A program made the translations under genes and the position numbers. A DNA stretch of 64,000 nt from Octopus sinensis (taxonomy: Eukaryota): assembly GCF_006345805.1 (NCBI RefSeq), contig NC_043023.1, positions 17,360,001 through 17,424,000 on the forward strand, given 5' to 3'. The notes below the pieces were generated by a model. That model searched no databases. It saw only the letters and a program-made list of their open reading frames with translations, and was not told the DNA's origin. Positions 56,051 through 64,000 of the stretch are shown here, piece after piece (within the stretch, counting starts at the first letter, position 1; the number at the start of each line of letters is the position of its first letter).

Positions 56051-56615
56051 TATTAAAAAGTAGCCATCTCCTTGGTTTCGTAGACTTCATTCACCGTACT
56101 TTACTGTGTTTCTTTACAAGGAGTGAGCCTACTCCCTGAGCAGTTGCTCAAAATATTAAATATTACAACCAAATATTTATCGTAAAATACTTCTCCGTTT
56201 CAGAAAAACCCGTTTGGATAATGTTGTTCTTATTGCACGCTCTCATTTGTTTCTTAGCTATAAAAGGTTACTAAATCAAACCTGTGGTTATACAACAACA
56301 ACAACAACAACACTAGCATGCCCAGATTCCAAGCTGTGCGTTTTCCGTTAAAATGACATACACTTTTCTGAATCTGCTGATTCTACCCTGACTCATTTCT
56401 TATTTATTCGTCAGGTCAAAATAGTTTTAGATTTTTAATTCTGCAATATTTATTCCTGTTCTTACTAACGAGTAATATGTCTAAAGTAGATCAACAAGAA
56501 TCGAACCAGCCTCAAGATATCATTAGCTCCTTTATCGAACGAAGGCAAATCTGGTATTAACAGTGAATGTAATCTTGGTCAAATACAAACACACAAGGCA
56601 AGATTAAAGAAATGT

Positions 56616-56922
56616 GGGGGTACATGGCCTAGTGGTTAGAGCAGCGGACTCTCGGTCGAGGGATCGCGGATTCAAATCTCAGGCCGGGCGATGTATGTGT
56701 TTATGAGCGAAATACCTAAGCTCTACGCGACTCTGGTAAAAGATAATGGCGAACCCCTACTAACTCTTTCGCTACAACTTTCACTCTTTCCTCCTGAATT
56801 TTGCATCGCACCTGCGACGGACTGACGTCCCGTGAAGGTGGGGAACCTATACGCCAAAGGAACCGTGAAACCGGGAAACCGGCCCTTGTGAGCCAAGCAT
56901 GGCTCGAAAAGGAACAAACAAC
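56616..56922 (+). mobile_element. tRNA-derived SINE (third family)
   Basis: ggggtacatggcctagtggttagagc A-box, ggattcaaatc B-box-like, cctgcgacggactgacgtcccg central motif, short aac tail. Confidence 0.7.
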
Positions 56923-57755
56923 GTTTGTAAAGAAGCTTGCTAATTACAAGGGGAATTTGTAACATTCATGCTTTTCTCGTGGAACATTATCAATATTTAC
57001 TTAAAATCAAATTACAATCCTAATCAAGGCTTTATTTCATAAAAATCTTAACTCCTTTCTTGTACTCGTTGACCACACCTCTTTCGAGGTCGTTAAGTGT
57101 AATGTATCTAGTGCAAAATTAAATATTCAAAAGCTATCGATATATTGCGAAGGCAAAATAAAATACTATTGTTCAGTAAGCATATAAATGCAAGCGACTT
57201 ACTTCAAGCGGTTTATTTGTTATGATCGATGGATGGAAGCAGTCGTTGATTGAAACACTAACGGAGCTGTGAGGAAATCTGATAATTTACTTATAATCTT
57301 AAAAGCAAAGCATTTTGGAACGAAAGAAACGGCAAAAAGAGACCTTAATTTTAAGAAGGTGTTTAAGTAAAGTAACCGGGAGACAACATCTTGAGCAAAA
57401 GGGACAGAAAATTCAAGTTTCACACCAATCTTTATACGAGTGAAAAAAACCTGGAGAAATTGTTTTCAGACGATATCGTGTTTTCGAAGCCATATAAAAA
57501 AGAAATCAACTGAGAAGTATCCTGAATTATTCTTAAATTATCGGAACAAAGGGAATAGAAATAAACCAGATCACTCAGGGAGCGCAAACCTCCGTGAAGG
57601 CATCACCAACTTCCTCTCAACAATAAGCCCGGAGAAAATTGGCTGCTCTCACAAAAAAAGAATACTAAAATTGAACCCGACCGCTCTCAAAAATTAAAAA
57701 ACGGGAAAATAATCCAGAATCCTTGTCCGGTACAGGATCGATCTCAAAATCTAAT

Positions 57756-58010
57756 CAGTTCGTGCCAGCCACGAGGTCAAACATCTCTGAATCCACCCAG
57801 TTCGTGCCAGCCACCAGGTCAAACATCTCTGAATCCACCCAGTTCGTGCCAGCCACCAGGTCAAACATCTCTGAATCCACCCAGTTCGTGCCAGCCACGA
57901 GGTCAAACATCTCTGAATCCACTCAGTTCGTGCCAGCCACGAGGTCAAACATCTCTGAATCCACTCAGTTCGTGCCAGCCACGAGGTCAAACATCTCTGA
58001 ATCCACCCAG
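57756..58010. repeat. 42-bp minisatellite, 6 copies
   Basis: cagttcgtgccagccac(g/c)aggtcaaacatctctgaatccac(c/t) at 57756, 57798, 57840, 57882, 57924, 57966. Confidence 0.95.
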
Positions 58011-59113
58011 TGGTTGTTGAAATATCTTGTTCACTGAAGACAATACCTCCGCTTTAGCAAAGGTGGAAGTAATAAAAGAAATCCTGTTTATCGAAACGGA
58101 AATATAAGCAACACGAAAAAGCAGAAGATACTGATTCCAGTGGGACCCGTCCGGTTGGTCGATTTTTAACTAAAAGTGAAGTTTACTTAACAACCCTGTA
58201 ACAGCCAAGAATCTTAAAGGTAAGTGAATTAATAATATTAAGAATGAAAAGAGAGATAATTACTGAAATTGTTTTTATAATTCTATGATATAAAATACTG
58301 TAGCTGACTTGTGCTTTTATTACATTCGGTTTACCATTTTCATTTCCCACTTCCAATAAGAATGGAAAGGACGGAGATGGATTTGTAGAAATCATGAATC
58401 GACTGATCAACTATCCTTTCTACTCTGTCTTGAAACTTAACGTTCTGATTTCGAATTTTGCTGTGATTTAGGATTTAATGTAGATAGACAGATTTAAAAT
58501 AAAGGAATAGATATGAAAATAGGGTAATAAGTCTTAGGATAGTGATTAGCGAGCTGTTGAATATTAAAATAAATAACACTGGGCAAATTTTTCTTGTCTG
58601 GTGCCTGGAATATTTTAATGAATTCCAAGTGATTTTGCCGGCTAAATTCAAAACTTACTCCAGTTTTTCTTTATCAGGTCTGGTTTTCTGACTAGACCTG
58701 ATAGAGTAAGTATTTTATTCACACAAGAGGCATATAATATGAATCAATAAAGAGAGATTATTACTGAAATTGTTTTTATAATTCTATAATATAAAATACT
58801 GTAGCTGACTTGTGCTTTCGTTACATTCGGTTTACAGTTATCATTTCTCGTTTCCTCAGAGAACGGAAAGGACATGGATGGATTTGTAGAAATCATGAAT
58901 CGACTGATAAAATATCTTTAGTATTCAGTCATAAAACTTTACATTTTGACTTCGAATCCCGCTGGGATTTAGGATTTAATTTGGATAGATTTCAAATAAA
59001 TGAATTGAAATATAAATAGGGTAATGATTCCTAGGGTAATAATTACGGTGCTGTTGAAAAACAAATATAACTTTAGGTATTTCATTTAATAAAAATAATT
59101 ATGAAACAATTAT

Positions 59114-59285
59114 AGGCGCAGGAGTGGCTGTGTGATAAGTAGCTTGCTTACCAACCTCATTGTTCCAGGTTCAATCCCACAGCGTGACACCTTGGGTAAG
59201 TGTCTTCTGCTATAGCCTCGGGCCGACTAAAGCCTTGTGAGTGGATTTGGTAGACGGAAACTGAAAGAAGCCCGTCGTATATATG

Positions 59286-59339
<54 letters not shown>

Positions 59340-59548
59340 TGTGTGTATGTTTGTCCCACCAACATCGCTTGACAACCGATGCTGGTGTGTTTACGTCCCC
59401 GTAACTTAGCGGTTCGGCAAAAGAGACCGATAGAATAAGTACTAGGCTTACAAAGTATAAGTCCTGGGGTAGTTTGTTCGAGTAAAGGCGGTGCTCCAGC
59501 ATGGCCGCAGTCAAATGACTGAAACAAGTAAAGGAGTAAAAGAGTAAT
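59114..59548 (+). mobile_element. Full-length OR-type CORE SINE
   Basis: taggcgcaggagtggctgtgtg head, CORE-like gtgacaccttgggtaagtgtc, internal microsatellite, aaaggagtaaaagag tail. Confidence 0.88.
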
Positions 59549-60320
59549 AGAAAGACATTTCTGTTTTCTCTCAGAAACGTCTCAAGCGACTTAGTCTGTT
59601 CATTTCACCTTAAATCTCCAAACGGATGTTTCTCTTGCTTTCACTTTCACTTTCTCTGTTTTTACGATTTCTTCTAAACTTATGAACGACCTTTTCATTC
59701 CTTTAATGATTTAAATCCACATCTCTGTCTACAATTCTTTCCTCATTCATTGACTCAATCTTTTTTCGTATTTCTCAACGTATTCAACAAGGTTATTCTT
59801 GAACGCTTTAAAACATATGACATATGAGGTGGTGGTTAAAGTTGATAAAAATAACAGCTAATCAGGCCTTAAATCCTGCACCAAAATATATTTTCTTTCG
59901 TTTTTGGTTAATCGGATGAATTTCCGTGTATAGAATATAAATTCGCCAAAATTCTCTAAAAATTCCCCAAAATGAAAAAAACGTTATGAGGGGTTATATA
60001 TATATATATATATGTCTGTGTGTGTGTTTGTGTATGTGTGTGTATGTGTGTGTGTGTATGTGTGTATATATATATATATGTGTGTGTATATATATTTATA
60101 TATCTATCATAGAATATACATGTATAACATCACGGAAGATGAAACATAACTCATCTGTACAAGCATATAAGAAAATGCGAGAAAAATGTGTGAATACAGT
60201 TCATCACGGTTAAAAGTGAATACTTTAGCGATTAAGAAATATATATTTTTAAAAAAAAACATTACAACACCCTGGTTAAGGAGGTCTCGCCCTGGTACGT
60301 GATGTCTGTCTCTCTATTTT

Positions 60321-60402
60321 TTCCCCTGACGAAAGAGTTAATATTGTGATGCACCCTCGTGCATTAAATACAGTAATGTACCCCTGAAATGTCCATAGGG
60401 AA
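60321..60402 (+). ncRNA. Type I hammerhead ribozyme, extended stem II, slightly degenerate
   Basis: TTCCC/GGGAA stem I; CTGACGA 60326-60332; inner TGATGCAC/GTGCATTA hairpin; GAAA 60386-60389; TGTCCA stem III; AUA triplet. Confidence 0.6.
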
Positions 60403-60545
60403 TGTAAATATGGTTTCTTCTTTTTTGCTCGGACACTGATTTTAACTATAGGTTTCCCTTATCTGAAAAGTAATTTTCAAAAAATGTTCTAAACGATGAA
60501 CATTTATTTTACCTTATATATTATATATTACTTATTTTTATGCTT

Positions 60546-60612
<67 letters not shown>

Positions 60613-61001
60613 CCTATATGCTTATATATTACTTTATGCTTTATATTTTTACGTATTTATTATTCTAGGTGTTGTAATGTTTTTTTAAAAAATATATATT
60701 TCTTAATCGCTAAAGTATTAAATTTTGACCGTGATGAACTGTATTCACACATTTTTCTCGCACTTTCTTATATGCTTGTACAGATGAGTTATGTTTCATC
60801 TTCCGTGATGTTATACATGTATATTCTATGATTAAATGTTCGGAATATCAAATGTTAAGTAGATGACCTTGCATTTATTTGTTCTGTAACCTTAGTTTGA
60901 TATATGGTCTCATTCAATTGAGCACTTCTATAGCAGTCCTACTAAAAATTTTGTTCCTGATAAGAGCCAAATCACTGTATTATTGATATATATATATATA
61001 T

Positions 61002-61042
<41 letters not shown>

Positions 61043-61155
61043 TATATAAATATAAAATGAGGGTGAGAAATTAGATATTCATTTAATTAGATCTATAGCG
61101 GATCTATTTTTAGCATAAGGGTGTCCATAGAGTGGTTTCCATCTAATATGTACAT

Positions 61156-61211
<56 letters not shown>

Positions 61212-61759
61212 ACAAGTTGAGTGGAATTATATACGAAAGAAGGTTTGAAAATGCAATTTAAAAACATCTTTTAAATTGCATTTTCAAACCTTCTTTCGTA
61301 TATATATATATATATATGTGTGTTTGTGTGTGTGTGTGTGGTGTGTGTGTGTAGATAGATAATAGATAAATAGATATAGATATATATATAAGCACACACA
61401 CACACGCATATATATATATATATAGAGAGAGAGAGAGCCAGCATTTGTTTTTGCTATGTCAAAGTTACTGTAACATACAAGTTCGGCAAATAGGTCGGAA
61501 GGAATAAGTGGTATTCTTGAGAAAGAGAAATACTGGAGTCGGTCTGTTGGACTAATCACGTCACTGTTGTGCTCCAGCGTGGCCGTAGTTCAATAACTGA
61601 AAGAAGTAAGCAATGAGAATAAAATCTATTTAGTAACTACAATAACGAAGTGGTTTAAGGTATGTGTTCAGGAAGATAACTCTCAAGATAAGAAAATATA
61701 TATTTGAGAATAGCTTCCCTTAACAAAGGCAACTACGACCGATCAATAATTTTAGAATG

Positions 61760-62190
61760 TGTGCGTGTGTCTATGTATGTATGTATGTATGTATGTATGT
61801 ATGTATGTATGTATGTATGTATGTATGTATGTATGTATGAATGTATGTATGTATGTATGTATGTATGAATGTATGTATGAATGTATGTATGTATGTATGT
61901 ATGTATGTATGAATGTATGTATGTATGTATGTATGTATGAATGTATGTATGTATGTATGTATGTATGTATGTATGTATGTATGTATGTATGTATGTATGT
62001 ATGTATGAATGTATGTAGTATGTATGTATGTATGTATGAATGTATGTATGTATGAATGTATGTATGTATGTATGTATGTATGTATGTATGTATGTATGTA
62101 TGTATGTATGAATGTATGTATGTATGTATGTATGTATGTATGTATGTATGAATGTATGTATGTATGTATGTATGTATGTATGTTTGTATG

Positions 62191-62224
<34 letters not shown>

Positions 62225-62345
62225 TGCATGTATGTATGTATGGCTGTATGTATGTATGCATGCATGCATGTATATATGTATGTATGTATGCATGCATGCT
62301 TGAATGTATGTATGCACGTATGCATGTATATATGTATGTATGTAT
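61760..62345. repeat. (TATG)n microsatellite
   Basis: Direct reading. Confidence 0.95.
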
Positions 62346-62354
62346 TAGGTACAT

Positions 62355-62570
62355 GCACATCCCTATACCGTGCATGTATACTAACATCGCTCCTTTACTC
62401 ATGTGAGACATGGAACCTTTACAAACGTCATGTAAGGGTCCTTGAACACTTTCACCAGAGATGCCTGAGATACATTCTGAATGTTGGATGAACATTAAAA
62501 ACTGCAGGCACACATTTCTTGAGGAAAGCTGATGTCCAGAGGATTGAGGCGACGATACATAAGCACTGGT
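62355..62570 (+). mobile_element. RTE-clade LINE fragment (post-RT region)
   Basis: LYRACILTSLLYSCETWNLYKRHVRVLEHFHQRCLRYILNV. Confidence 0.8.
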
Positions 62571-62991
62571 TAGCCACGTTAGGTTCTCATTAGCCACGAA
62601 CAGAGCTGCAAATGCAAAATATAAGTTAGTCCTAGAGTGCACAATGTTCCTGAAGGTCAGCAATGGTCTTCCTCGGTCACGAGTGGACAGTCATCTTCAT
62701 GTATCATCATGTATACACACACACACACATGTATATAAATGAATATATATATATATGTATCTATATAAATGAATATATATATATGTATATATATATAAAT
62801 AACTGTATATATGTATATATGTATATAGCTATATATATACATATATGTATATAAATGTATATTATATATGTGTATATATATATGTATAATTATGTATATA
62901 TATGTATATAAATGTGTATATATATACGTACATAGATGTATATATGTATATGTGTGTATGTATATATGTATATATGTAATATAATACATAC

Positions 62992-63042
<51 letters not shown>

Positions 63043-63369
63043 TACATATATACATACACACATATACATATATACATCTATGTACGTATATATATACACA
63101 TTTATATACATATATATACGTAATTATATATATATATATATAAAATATTATTCGAGACAAAACCACTATTTTGCAAAACAAACAAGGAAAGACTTAATAA
63201 TACATAAAATTTTAATAAATAGTCAAATATATATATGTATATAAATGTGTATATATATACGTACATAGATGTATATATGTATATGTGTGTATGTATATAT
63301 GTATATTATATATATATATATATGTATATATGTATATATACATACATACATACATGTATATATGTATAT

Positions 63370-63436
<67 letters not shown>

Positions 63437-63705
63437 TACATATATACATTTTTTGACTATTTATTAAAATTTTATGTATTAATTAAGTCTTTCCTTGTTT
63501 GTTTTGCAAAATAGTGGTTTTGTCTCGAATAATATTTTATAATATTTTACTATAAAATCGATTTAATCCTAAATCTGATTTTTTCCCTGTAAATTTGGAT
63601 TTATTCCCTAATATTTATTATTATTATATATATATATATATATATATTACGGAGATGTACTCGCATAGCAAGTAATTTGATCTGAGATCGTGTGCTGAAA
63701 GAAAA

Positions 63706-63986
63706 CAATTGCAGCGTGGAAGGTGTTTATAAGCCATTTAAGGAACACACAAAAGCCGTTCGATTCACTTCAACATTTAAGTTTAATTTGTCAAAATATT
63801 TTCGTCACTAAAATCCGTGACCTGTTCACTGACAAAAATCCGTGCAGCACAGATTTTTGTCAGTGAACAGGTCACGGATTTTAGTGACGAAAATATTTTG
63901 ACAAATTAAACTTAAATGTTGAAGTGAATCGAACGGCTTTTGTGTGTTCCTTAAATGGCTTATAAACACCTTCCACGCTGCAATTG
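63706..63986. repeat. ~140-bp-arm fold-back of a Penelope-like tail repeat
   Basis: caattgcagcgtggaagg...gacaaaaatccgtgc / gcacagatttttgtc...ccttccacgctgcaattg. Confidence 0.85.
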
Positions 63987-64000
63987 TAATATATATATAG

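Noticed and set aside
59114-59190. tRNA-like heads as tRNA genes (also 500-574, 48360-48436, 56616-56690)
   Set aside because: They continue into SINE bodies and do not fold into complete cloverleaves.
63855-63905. Hammerhead-shaped fold ttgtca-GTGAACA-gtcac/gtgac-GAAA
   Set aside because: Two catalytic core positions deviate from CUGANGA, so it is not called a ribozyme.

Overview
AT-rich eukaryotic genomic DNA, almost certainly cephalopod and probably Octopus. This is inferred from tRNA/CORE SINEs of the octopus OK/OR type, very long (TA)n/(TACA)n tracts and C2H2 zinc-finger debris. Bases ~1130-41160 form an old, imperfect ~40-kb inverted duplication. Each arm carries one copy of a multi-exon gene (hydrophobic N-terminus, PAN/Apple-like domain, uncharacterised C-terminal domain) and a C2H2-ZNF pseudogene. 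The left gene copy has a premature stop, and exon 3 is far more diverged between the copies than the flanking introns. The central spacer holds the most striking feature: ~11 near-identical ~600-bp tandem units (14931-21449), each with a type I hammerhead ribozyme on the minus strand. Back-to-back with it is an unrelated 489-bp partial-tandem element with two complete type I hammerheads on the plus strand. Both have inverted 5' stubs facing one (TA)n tract, an architecture typical of Penelope-like elements and retrozymes. Six further hammerheads of four other sequence families are scattered through the window. The rest is SINEs, Penelope/mariner/piggyBac/CRE/RTE/Helitron fragments, fold-backs and microsatellites. 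All alignments and folds were done by eye, and repeat coordinates are approximate.
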